47,424 nucleotides of DNA from Nitrospinota bacterium (lineage in GTDB: Bacteria > JADFOP01): the NCBI GenBank assembly GCA_022562795.1, contig JADFOP010000014.1:1-47424 (forward strand), in the 5' to 3' direction. The notes under the pieces were generated by a model. It saw nothing but the letters and a program-made list of their open reading frames with translations, searched no databases and was not told the origin of the DNA. The position numbers and the translations under genes were made by a program. Below are positions 10,411 through 19,428 of this stretch, piece after piece. The first letter of the stretch is position 1. Each line of letters opens with the position of its first letter.

Positions 10411-10800
10411 ATGACCGTTCTCAATACACTTGCCATCGTGCTGGGGGTTCTGGCGGTTGCCAAGAGCCTTACTGCGGCGATTTGGCCCAAGGGCTACCGC
10501 GACTTTACTAAGAAGATGCTCGAGAGCGATGTGATACTTCGCGTATTGGCCGTCGTCCCCATCCTAATTGGTGGCATCATCGTCGTGGCCCTCCTCAAGG
10601 GTCGAACGTGGTTGGAGGTTGTTCTCGTCGCCATGGCATTCGTCTACCTCCCGCTTGGGGCGATGTTGATCTGGGACCCAGACCCATACCGGCGGTTGGC
10701 CACCAAGCTCCTGCACTCCGGTGACCTCACCTTTCGGGCTTTGTGCGGCATCGGCATCCTCATCGGCATCCTCCTCTTTTTGCTCGGCATCTTCGGGTAG
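10411..10800 (+). CDS. Small 4-TM membrane protein (internally repeated, DUF2065-like)
   Basis: Two repeats of hydrophobic helix-P..YR...K.L.S....R-helix. RBS-like GAGG upstream. Confidence 0.55.
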   Translation: MTVLNTLAIVLGVLAVAKSLTAAIWPKGYRDFTKKMLESDVILRVLAVVPILIGGIIVVALLKGRTWLEVVLVAMAFVYLPLGAMLIWDPDPYRRLATKLLHSGDLTFRALCGIGILIGILLFLLGIFG

Positions 10801-10865
10801 AGAGGGCAAAAGTGCTCCGTCTCTCCCGGTAGTGGAGCGATCAGCCCCGTTGCCAGACCAGCCAC

Positions 10866-10894
10866 TTGTCAAACCCCCTTTCTGGGAGTATCTT
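10866..10894 (+). promoter_or_regulatory. Sigma70-type promoter for the small selenoprotein gene
   Basis: TTGTCA-17-TATCTT. RBS GAGGAG at 10931-10936. Confidence 0.55.
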
Positions 10895-10943
10895 AGTAAA
10901 AGAAAAGGTGATTCGAGACACCGTTCGAGAGAGGAGAACTTCC

Positions 10944-11123
10944 ATGTCCGGTTGGCTAGCGCTTGGATTATTGGCGGTCTTCGTCGCCCTCTTATACAAA
11001 AAGGGGGTGTTGGGCTGACGCCCCATCGGCTCGCAGGTCTGCGGGCTTAAGTCGAAGGAGAATGGAGAAGAAGCCGCCGTCCCGGAGGGGACGGAGAAAG
11101 ACCCCGTGGAAGTCTCCCGCTAG
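10944..11123 (+). CDS. Putative 59-aa membrane-anchored selenoprotein (Sec25)
   Basis: MSGWLALGLLAVFVALLYKKGVLG-U(TGA 11016-11018)-RPIGSQVCGLKSKENGEEAAVPEGTEKDPVEVSR*. Strong RBS. fdhF-like SECIS immediately after the TGA. Confidence 0.7.
11019..11047 (+). promoter_or_regulatory. Bacterial SECIS-like hairpin
   Basis: Stem GGCTCGCA/TGCGGGCT with loop GGTC starting 18 nt after UGA. The core GCAGGTCTGC matches the E. coli fdhF SECIS apex as I recall it. Confidence 0.7.
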
Positions 11124-11154
11124 AGATAAGGCGGGAGGCTGAAATCTAACCTCC

Positions 11155-11189
11155 ACCCCCCTTGCGCCTTGGCGCTTGGGGGGTTTTTA
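11155..11189 (+). terminator. Rho-independent terminator between convergent genes
   Basis: ACCCCCC-TT-GCGCC-TT-GGCGC-TT-GGGGGGT followed by a T run. Confidence 0.65.
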
Positions 11190-11196
11190 TTATCAG

Positions 11197-11742
11197 TTAG
11201 AAGCCGAGCTGGCGAAGCAGGGTCTGGTAGAATGGGTCCCTAAGATAGAGTTTTTCGAGTTGGAGCCCGGCCACACAGGCCTCGAAGCGGTCGGAGAGCT
11301 CGCGAAACAGTGGGGCGTAGGGTTTCAAAGGGTCTATCCGGGCGAGGAGGGCGTAGGAGGCCTTGCCCCGCTCTATGTAGTAAATGGGCGATGCGGGCCG
11401 CCCGGCCCGCTCCAAGTATTCGGGGAAAAGGCCAGTCATGAAGAGCGCGTAGTCTCCCAGGTGCTTGTATGCGCGCCTATGTCCCATCTCTCCAGCGGAT
11501 TCGGCAGCCTCCACCATCTCGAAGAGATATTCGAGGCGATGGCCTTCGGCGTCGGTGAGCTTGAAGAGCCGCTCGATGTGGACGAATTCCACCAGCACCC
11601 CGGCCACGTAATGTGCTAGGTCTTCGCCCCCGACTCCCACCGAATGAAAGCAGCCCACCGTGAGGCGCCTCAGGAGACTAACAAGCGGATGGTCAGGGGG
11701 AATGGGGCGGGCTGGAGAGGGGTCGAACCAGAAGCTCCCCAT
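11197..11742 (-). CDS. Conserved hypothetical protein
   Basis: Protein-like ORF with KHLGDYALFMTGLFPEYL and YYIERGKASY. Directly downstream of hflX on the same strand. Confidence 0.7.
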   Translation of the reverse strand: MGSFWFDPSPARPIPPDHPLVSLLRRLTVGCFHSVGVGGEDLAHYVAGVLVEFVHIERLFKLTDAEGHRLEYLFEMVEAAESAGEMGHRRAYKHLGDYALFMTGLFPEYLERAGRPASPIYYIERGKASYALLARIDPLKPYAPLFRELSDRFEACVAGLQLEKLYLRDPFYQTLLRQLGF

Positions 11743-11789
11743 TGCATCGGGGGTGAGCAGGGCCGTCCACCTCCTTCGATCCAGATTTC

Positions 11790-13484
11790 TCAGGAGGACA
11801 GACTGGCCGAGGCCTTATTAAGCTCGGCGGCCGCCCGCTGAACGGAGTCCGAGAGGTCCAGGAGCTCGAATAGCCTCTCCTCCACCGCCTCGATGAAAGC
11901 AGGTAAGGTCGTCCCATCGAGGGCGCTGATCGCCACGCCTCCGTGGCGGCGGACGACGTGAACACTTTGGGCGGGATCGACCAGGTCTGCCTTGTTGAAG
12001 ACCACCATACGGGGAATCTCTCCGTATCCCAGCTCAGCCAGGATCTTCTGGACGCTTCGCATGTGGTCCTCGTAAGAGGGGCTCGAGAGATCAACCACGT
12101 GGAGCAGGAGGTCGGCCTCTGCGAGCTCCTCCAGGGTGGCGTGGAACGCTTGGAGGAGATCCTTGGGGAGGTCGCGGATGAAGCCGACCGTGTCGGTGAT
12201 GATGACCTCCAGATCCCGTGGAAACCGGAGCCGGCGGGAGACCGGGTCGAGGGTGGAGAAAAGGCGGTTGTCCACGGCGACCTCTGATCGGGTTAAGGCG
12301 TTGAGAAGAGCGGACTTACCGGCGTTGGTGTAGCCGATTATGGAGAGGACCGGCATACCTGCGCGCTGGCGTCTGGCCCTCCTCTGGACACGGGCCCGCC
12401 CAATCCCCTTGAGCTGCCGCTCCAGGCGATGGATACGAGCCCGGATGCGGCGGCGGTCGATCTCGAGCTTTGTCTCGCCGGGGCCCCGGCCGCCGATGCC
12501 GCCGGTCAGACGGGAGAGGGCCTCGCCCTTGCCCACCAGCCTCGAGAGCCTGTAGCGCAGCTGCGCCAGCTCGACCTGCATCTTCCCTTCCCGGCTGGCC
12601 GCCCGCTGTGCGAAGATGTCGAGAATGAGTTGAGTCCGGTCGAGAATCTTGAGCTCGGTCCCATCGGTCAGGGACCTAATTTGGGCCGTGGTGAGCTCCC
12701 CGTCAAAGATGAGCATATCGGCCTCGCGTTGCATACTCCTGATTGATATCTCTTGCAGCTTCCCACGGCCGACCACGAATTTGGGGTCCACCCGACCCCT
12801 TGTCTGGACGACGGTGTCGACAACCACGACACCCGCCGAGCGGGCCAGCTCTACTAACTCTCCCAAAGAGGCCTCCGACTCGGTTTGGGATCCTGTAGAG
12901 ACGTGGATGCAGATCGCCCGGTCCCGCGCGTCGCCGATGGGCCGGGCGCTGGTGGCCCGGGCAAGCTCTTCTTCCAGCGAGGCGATGGTCTCAGCAAAAT
13001 CGAGGTCGAGGTCGTGGACCAGCGATGGCTCCAGCAGCCGCCAGGGGTCCGCCTCGTTGCCGTCGGGCATGAGATGGGCCGAGTGGACGAGCCCCGGAAG
13101 ACCATCCTCGGTAACCTCAAGAGCCGTCATCATGTCGAGTCTGAGGACCGCGAGATCGACAAGGTCGTCTCGGCTTAGGCCCTCTTGGCCGAGGTGGGTA
13201 TGGAGGCATCGAAGGCCCCTGAGCCGCTGCCTGCCCGTCCGGAACCGCTTGAGGGGTGGGATTTCAATCTCCCTGGGGGTCCCGACGATGACGGCCTCCA
13301 CGCGGCCGCGACGGTTCACGAGGAGGCCGACCTGCCGGCCGGTCTCCTGCGTGAGGTCGACCATGCTGCGGGCAAGCTCTGGGGTCAGTAGCTCCTTGGG
13401 CGGGATACGGCGTCGATAGAGCCGTTCAAAGGCTTTTAGCTGGCTGGGTTTCAGGCCGACGAGCGAACCGTAAAGGGTGCTGAT
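11790..13484 (-). CDS. hflX: GTPase HflX (long form), predicted ATC start codon
   Basis: GGRGPGET, G1 GYTNAGKS, LFSTLDP, DTVGFI, NKAD. The reading frame extends 40 codons above the track ATG (ISTLYGSLVGLKPSQLKAFERLYRRRIPP) to an ATC 9 nt after GGAGG. Confidence 0.88.
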   Translation of the reverse strand: MSTLYGSLVGLKPSQLKAFERLYRRRIPPKELLTPELARSMVDLTQETGRQVGLLVNRRGRVEAVIVGTPREIEIPPLKRFRTGRQRLRGLRCLHTHLGQEGLSRDDLVDLAVLRLDMMTALEVTEDGLPGLVHSAHLMPDGNEADPWRLLEPSLVHDLDLDFAETIASLEEELARATSARPIGDARDRAICIHVSTGSQTESEASLGELVELARSAGVVVVDTVVQTRGRVDPKFVVGRGKLQEISIRSMQREADMLIFDGELTTAQIRSLTDGTELKILDRTQLILDIFAQRAASREGKMQVELAQLRYRLSRLVGKGEALSRLTGGIGGRGPGETKLEIDRRRIRARIHRLERQLKGIGRARVQRRARRQRAGMPVLSIIGYTNAGKSALLNALTRSEVAVDNRLFSTLDPVSRRLRFPRDLEVIITDTVGFIRDLPKDLLQAFHATLEELAEADLLLHVVDLSSPSYEDHMRSVQKILAELGYGEIPRMVVFNKADLVDPAQSVHVVRRHGGVAISALDGTTLPAFIEAVEERLFELLDLSDSVQRAAAELNKASASLSS

Positions 13485-13615
13485 GGTCGGTTACCTCCCA
13501 CAATCCATTATACTCGACTGAGCTTCTTTGTCAACGGATTAGGGTTGAGTGGCGAACCTGAGCTACCCAAATAAAGGGTAGTCCCGCCTTCCCCCAGCCA
13601 TTCACAGTGCCCCGG

Positions 13616-16430
13616 TCATCGGGCTTGGGATCCCTGTAGCCGCTCCAGCGCCCTTTGGACGGCCGCGCGGACCGCATCGTTCCGGGTAGTGGAGCCAAGC
13701 CGCTCCAGGGGTTGGCGGGCCGCCGGGTCGCCCAATCGCCCGAGAGCTTCGACCAGCGCCGCCTTAACGGGCGGGGGGTAGCGGCGCTCCAGGTGGTCGA
13801 TGAGCAACGGGACCACCTGCCTGTCGCCCAAGGCCCCCATCGTTAGGGCGGCCCGCTGGCGCTCCCCGTCGTCGGCCGCGTGGAGAAACCGCCTCAGGAT
13901 GGGCCGAAAGGCCCCAGGGGGCCGCCTGGCGGCCACCCACTGGAGCAACCGGTCGCTGACGGCCGGCGGGAGGGAATCGGGCGAAGCCAACGCATTGAGG
14001 TACGACGATGATGCCATTCCTATGCGCTCCTCGCGTTCGTGAACGAGCCCGAGCCCTACCCACGCCCCGGGGTGTTCATCGTCCAGGCGGACCGCTTTCT
14101 CAAACTGCTGGCGGGCGCGTTTGAGGAGACCCTTCTCGAAGCAGATCCGCCCTGCCCGGACGGACTTCCGGACGGCCTCGTCCACAGCGATTTGTCGATC
14201 TAAGAGAGTCTCTAAACGCTTCACAGGACGCCCCTGCCGCGAACGGACGGCCTTTAGGCCCTCGAGGGCGGGTCGCCACCTGGGGTCGGCGACCAGGGCC
14301 CGGGTGAACCAGGCCGCGGCGGCGTTACGGTCGCCTGCGGAGAGGGCGAGCTGTCCGAGGGCGGCCGCCGGGGCCGGCACGTCAGGGTCGCGTTCGACGG
14401 CGGCTCTGTAATTCGCCTCGGCCTTATCCTTTAGCCCCCTGCTTCGGTAGTGGTCACCCAGGGCGACCAGGGCGGCCGTCCCCTCTTTTTCCAGGGCCGA
14501 GGCCTGCTTGAGATGCTTCTCGGCGGCTTTGATGTGGCCCTCCTCACGCTCGAGGGCCCCGAACGCCAGGTGGTTGGCGAAAGAGGAGGGGCTTAGGCGC
14601 AGGGCGGCCGTGAGGTGTCGCCTGGCGGCTTTCCTGTCGCCCCGGCCCAGGGCCGTCCGGCCCAGGATTGTGAGCAGCTCAGGGTCCCGCCCTCGGCTTT
14701 CGGCCCAGGGCTGGAGGACCCGGCTTGCGGCCCCGGCCTCACCAGCCTCAAGAAGGAGCGCCGCGTAAGCCACGCCCGCCGGCCGGTGGTCGGGCATGAT
14801 GGCGTGGGCGCGACTGAGGTGTGTTAGGGCTTCGTCGGCCAAGCCCAGGTCCTTCATGTGGCGGCCGAGCTCGAAGTGGGCCGGCCCCAGGGAGGGCTCC
14901 ACGACGGTTGCATGCGTTAGGTGGTCGATGCCCTCGGCGAAGGTGGCCTCCTCCACTGTAAGAATGGAGCCCAGGAGGTAGCGGGCCTCGGCGTCTGAGG
15001 CCGACAGGGAAACGGCCTCTCTAGCAGCGAGGGCCGCCTGCTTGAGATCGCCCCTCTTCCAGTGCGCCTCGGCCACCAGGCGGAAGCGCTCACGGCGGGC
15101 CAGGCCCATCGTCGGCGGGGAGCCGCCGGCTGGCGGGGGGGCTACCTCGGCAGACCAGCCTAGGGACCGGAAGGCCTCCAAGTCCTTCGGTGGGACCCCT
15201 TCGAGGATGAGCACCCGGTCGCCCCGTCGCTCGATGACGCCCAGGCCCTGGGCTCTACGGGCCTTCCATGACAAACCGCCGAATCCTGACGCGCTCGCCT
15301 CCGTGGACGGACGGGCGGCGGCTCCGCGCCGATAGGCCTCGACGAACTCTTCTGCGTCCCGCTCTGTGTCCCAAACGAATGCCACAAGAGCGACGGCCCG
15401 GCCCGCCCCCTCCACCTCTTCCAATACGAGGTAGCGGTCGCCTCCCCATCCGGCGGCCGCCTCCAGCGCCTCGATTTCATCGGCCGCGAACGGCTTCACC
15501 AGAAGGTAGGCTCCGAACTCCCCGAGGGTGTTGGCATCGAGTCGTCGCCACCTGCCCCTTAGCGCTCCTGGCACGGCGGGCCATCGAACACGCCTCGGCG
15601 GGTCGGGGGTCACTAGGAAGCGTTCCGGGTGGAGCACCTGTTCGGCCGAAGCGGGTGGCGCATCGTAGAGCTCGTCGACCCCGCTCCAGGGCCGCCGCCG
15701 ACGGACGGCCTTGATGAAGGGCAGCCCCGCCTCGTAGGGGAAGTAGATGAAGTCCCGCATGACGGGCGGCTCGTCCTTGAAGGCCTCCTGCTCCCTCCAG
15801 GTAAGCGAGAAGCTCGTCGGTGGGCACGGTGTAGAAGCCCTGTCCGGATAGCCCCAAGGTGAAATCGAGCATAATGGCTGTGGCTTCGCCTTCGAGCAGG
15901 GCCTGGAGGGCCGTCCTGGCGTCCTCATCATCCTTCAGGGCCTTGAGGCGCGCGTAGACGTGGAAGTGCTGGTCCTGGAGGGCGTGGACGAGCTCATGTA
16001 GGACGACGGGGGCGTGGAGCGAGGCATCGGCCTTGGTCGAAAGGAAGAAGGTTTTGGCCTTGAAGTCGTAAAAGCCCAGGGCCTGGGAGGCCAGCAGCGC
16101 CACGTACCTGCCGACCAGGTCGTAGTCGGTCGGGATGAGGCCCGTCAGGGCCAGGAGCCGCTGGAGGGCGGTCAGCTGCCCGGTCGTGTACTCCTCCTCG
16201 ATCCGCTTCTTGAGCAGGACTTCAAGAGCCTCCGGGCTTCGCTCGGCGATGCCTACAGTGCCCTTGGGCTTTAAGCCCCGGATACGTTTGACTTCCCTAA
16301 ACATGGCGAAGGTAAGGTCCGAGAGGGATTCACCCCAGGCCGGGGCTGAAGCGAAGGGGAGAGCCAAAGCGAGCACCAGCGCCGCAACTAGACGGGGGCG
16401 GAGCAAAAGGGAGGGGCGGTGGGCGACCAA
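13616..16430 (-). pseudogene. Secreted HExxH metallopeptidase-like + TPR + HEAT repeat protein, split by a frameshift near 15790-15800
   Basis: N-terminal frame: signal peptide, VVLHELVHALQDQHF, ALLEGEAT. It continues in a second frame as QEAFKDEPPVMRDFIYFPYEAGLPF...PPASAEQVLHPE...AAAGWGGDRY, then TPRs and HEAT repeats. Confidence 0.7.
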
Positions 16431-16562
16431 GGGGCGGCTCCACGTGGGCGGTTTTTTCTCAGGTCAGACGGCCCCATTCTAGCAGAGCCTGCGGGAGCCG
16501 GGCAAGGCGCCGGAGACGAGGGGGGAGGGCCGGAGGTGTGGGTTGTCGGGCCGACTTGTCCG

Positions 16563-17213
16563 TTACAAGTGCTCGACAAGCCTGTCAGCCATATCCTGGT
16601 TCAGCTCTTCGAGAACGGCATGCTCACCCATCGCCGCTTCGCGGTCTCCGAGCTTTGCGTAGACCAGGCCCAAAAAGTAGTGGGTTTCTGCGTGGTCGGG
16701 CTTCAGGCGGATCGCCTCTTTGAGAGCCTCGAGCGCCTCGTCGTCGCGGCCGAGGCCGAGGCAGGCTACTCCCAAACCGTAGTGGGCCCTGGAATTGTCC
16801 GGCTCCAGGAGGGTTGCCTCTCTGTGGGCCTCCACCGCTTCTTCGTTGCGGCCAAGGCCGATGTAAGCGACCCCCAGGCTGGCGTGCGCCTCGGCATCGT
16901 CGGGCTCAAGGCGGACGGCCTCGCTGCATTCAGCCTGCGCTTCTTCATACCGGCCAAGCAAGCCGTAGGCGAGCCCCAAATTGTAATGGGCCTCGGCGTA
17001 GTCTGGCTTAAGCTGCATTGCCACCTTGTACGCCTCGACCGCCTCCTCGTTTCGGTCGAGGCCCCCGTAGGCCTTCCCCAAGTGCATGTAGGCATCGGCA
17101 TCGTCGAGCTTGAGGTGGACCGCGACTTTGAGGGCCTCAAGCGCTTCTTCGTAGCGGCCGCGCTTCAGGTACGAGACTCCCAAATTGTAGTGCGCAAAGG
17201 CGCCCCCAGGCAT
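16563..17213 (-). CDS. Tetratricopeptide repeat protein
   Basis: About six 34-aa repeats (AHYNLG...GRYEEA...A..L.PD). Start at ATG 17213 after GGGAGGT. Confidence 0.85.
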   Translation of the reverse strand: MPGGAFAHYNLGVSYLKRGRYEEALEALKVAVHLKLDDADAYMHLGKAYGGLDRNEEAVEAYKVAMQLKPDYAEAHYNLGLAYGLLGRYEEAQAECSEAVRLEPDDAEAHASLGVAYIGLGRNEEAVEAHREATLLEPDNSRAHYGLGVACLGLGRDDEALEALKEAIRLKPDHAETHYFLGLVYAKLGDREAAMGEHAVLEELNQDMADRLVEHL

Positions 17214-17367
17214 GAGGTCTCGTACCTCCCTATCGCCGCCGTTGCCCTCGCGGGCCGAGTTGCGGCGCTTTAGTTCTACGATCAGCAACTAATTGGATAC
17301 CTTATGCAGACTCTCCTTCTATATAGGCCCTGGGATCGGCTTGGGCAACATGCGGTCTCCCCAAGGG

Positions 17368-17544
17368 TCATCCCCGCTGGCGCTTTTCGTTTTCCTCCCG
17401 GATTTGGAGCAGGCCGTTTACGGGGAGAGCGTCCAGGTATACCGTGGTCGAGCCGTCCTTATTCTCAAAAGCCCGGCCGATTCTCACCCAGTATTTCTTC
17501 TCTTGCTCTTTCCGTCCCTCAACGATCGTAAAGACCGACTTCAT
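17368..17544 (-). CDS. 58-aa small protein, possible ssDNA-binding beta protein
   Basis: GGAGGAGG RBS. MKSVFTIVEGRKEQEKKYWVRIGRAFENKDGSTTVYLDALPVNGLLQIREENEKRQRG. Below the 60-aa cutoff of the ORF track. Confidence 0.75.
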   Translation of the reverse strand: MKSVFTIVEGRKEQEKKYWVRIGRAFENKDGSTTVYLDALPVNGLLQIREENEKRQRG

Positions 17545-17586
17545 GGGATCCTCCTCCCTCTGTAGTGGACGTCTGTGGTACGGTCC

Positions 17587-19116
17587 TCATCCACTCCTGT
17601 CGAGGCTCCGGTACTGTATTGCCTCGGCGATGTGCTCGGCCCCGATGTCCTCGGCGCCTGCGAGGTCGGCTATGGTCCGGGAGACTTTCAGGATGCGGTC
17701 GTAGGCGCGGGCCGAAAGCCCGAGCCGCGTCACAGCGGCCTCGAGGAGGGCCTGCGAGGGCTCGTCCAGACGGCAGGCAGCCTTGAGCTCTTGGACCGCC
17801 ATCTGGCCGTTGCAGTGGGTCGAGGAGTCGGAAAATCTCCTCCTCTGGCGGTCCCTGGCCTCCTCGACACGGGCACGGATGGCCGCCGAAGGCTCATCCT
17901 GGGCTTCGGTGGCCAGGTCGCGGTAAGCCACCGGGGGGACCTCGATCTGGAGGTCGATCCTGTCCAGAAGGGGGCCCGACAGGCGGGCGCGGTAGTTCGC
18001 GATCTGCTTGGGCGTGCAGAGACATGCACGCCGGGGGTCGGTCAGATACCCGCACGGGCAGGGATTCATGGCCCCCACCAGCAGGATGTGGGCCGGGTAG
18101 GTGAGCGTCATTGCGGCCCGGGCGATGGTGACTACCCCGTCCTCCATGGGCTGGCGGAGCACCTCAAGGACGTTTCGGCGAAACTCGGGAAGCTCGTCGA
18201 GGAAGAGAACCCCGTGGTGGGCGAGGGAGACCTCGCCCGGCATGGGAATGGTCCCCCCGCCGATGAGCCCTGCATCGCTGATCGTGTGGTGCGGCGCGCG
18301 AAACGGCCGCCGCGTGATGAGGGCGCCATTGCTCCGGGTCAGGCCCGCTACGGAATGGACTTTCGTAGCCTCGATCGCCTCTTCCAGGCTCATGGCCGGA
18401 AGGATCGTCGGCAGGCGCTTTGCCAGCATGCTCTTGCCCGCCCCCGGCGGGCCGATAAGCAGAACGTTGTGCCCGCCCGCGCAGGCGACCTCCAGGGCCC
18501 TCTTGGCCGAAGGCTGGCCTTTGACATCGGCGAAATCCATAGGCGGCCTCTCCACCTGGGCGGATTCGGGCTCGACACCGGAGCGGGCCCTTTCGACGGA
18601 CCGGTTGCCGAGCATGAAGTCCACCGCCTCGGTGAGTGTCGCCACCGGGTAGACGGCCACATCCTCGACCACCGCCGCCTCGGTGGCGCTGATCGCCGGG
18701 AGCACCAGGCCGCGCAGACCCGATCTTCCCTGGAAGCCCGCGGCAATGGGCAGCGCTCCTTTGATGCCCTTGACCGACCCATCAAGCGAAAGCTCGCCCA
18801 GGACGACGTAGCCCTCCAAGTCATCCTGGGAGACAAGGCCAGAGGCGGCGATAATCCCAAGGGCGATGGGAAGGTCGAAGGAGCTACCCTCCTTTCGCAT
18901 GTCCGCCGGGGCGAGGTTCACGACGATCCGTCGAGAAGGGAAGACAAAGCCGGAATTGACTATGGCGGCCTTCACCCGGTCACGGCTCTCCTTCACCGCC
19001 GCGTCGGGCAGCCCCACCGTGTCGAAGCGGGCCAGCCCCGGGGAGAGGTTCACCTCCACCTCCACGGGATGGGCGTCAATCCCCAGCACGGCGCTCGATA
19101 GCACCCGGGCGAGCAT
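17587..19116 (-). CDS. comM: YifB/ComM family Mg-chelatase-like AAA+ ATPase
   Basis: VGLPDAAVKESRDRV, NLAPADMRKEGSSFDLPIA, GPPGAGKSMLA, PFRAPHH, MNPCPCG, LSGPLLDRID. Confidence 0.92.
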   Translation of the reverse strand: MLARVLSSAVLGIDAHPVEVEVNLSPGLARFDTVGLPDAAVKESRDRVKAAIVNSGFVFPSRRIVVNLAPADMRKEGSSFDLPIALGIIAASGLVSQDDLEGYVVLGELSLDGSVKGIKGALPIAAGFQGRSGLRGLVLPAISATEAAVVEDVAVYPVATLTEAVDFMLGNRSVERARSGVEPESAQVERPPMDFADVKGQPSAKRALEVACAGGHNVLLIGPPGAGKSMLAKRLPTILPAMSLEEAIEATKVHSVAGLTRSNGALITRRPFRAPHHTISDAGLIGGGTIPMPGEVSLAHHGVLFLDELPEFRRNVLEVLRQPMEDGVVTIARAAMTLTYPAHILLVGAMNPCPCGYLTDPRRACLCTPKQIANYRARLSGPLLDRIDLQIEVPPVAYRDLATEAQDEPSAAIRARVEEARDRQRRRFSDSSTHCNGQMAVQELKAACRLDEPSQALLEAAVTRLGLSARAYDRILKVSRTIADLAGAEDIGAEHIAEAIQYRSLDRSG

Positions 19117-19428
19117 GGCTTCTCCTCCATGGTGGTGTTGGAGCCTTTATGGTCAAAAGACGTCCCTGAGGCTCTATTTCTTACTATTTAATTGCGACGC
19201 GGTATGGTAAAATTCGGATGTCTGCATGGCCCGGGGCCATTCACCCTCCATTTATTATTGGGCTCTTGAGGAAAAAGTCCTATTATGTTACATTGTGTTA
19301 TATAGTGGGTGTCCTAAGAAGCGTAGTATGCACCCATCATAAGTCCACCGGGGTCGAAACAACCAGAGGTTACATTCATCAGCATCAGGCAATATTGCCT
19401 GATAGACCATAGGGAGGAGGCAACGAGC

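Noticed and set aside
10721-11050. 109-aa and 61-aa track ORFs in the region after the small membrane gene
   Set aside because: No RBS and not protein-like. The RBS-supported frame is 10944-11123.
16419-17273. 284-aa + strand ORF with periodic sequence
   Set aside because: Antisense of the TPR gene; its periodicity mirrors the TPR repeats.
17368-17370. TGA ending the 58-aa comM-linked ORF as possible Sec
   Set aside because: No SECIS-like hairpin or redox-motif context; treated as an ordinary stop.
17575-19101. 508-aa ORF on the + strand
   Set aside because: Antisense shadow of comM in high-GC DNA, with no protein-like motifs.
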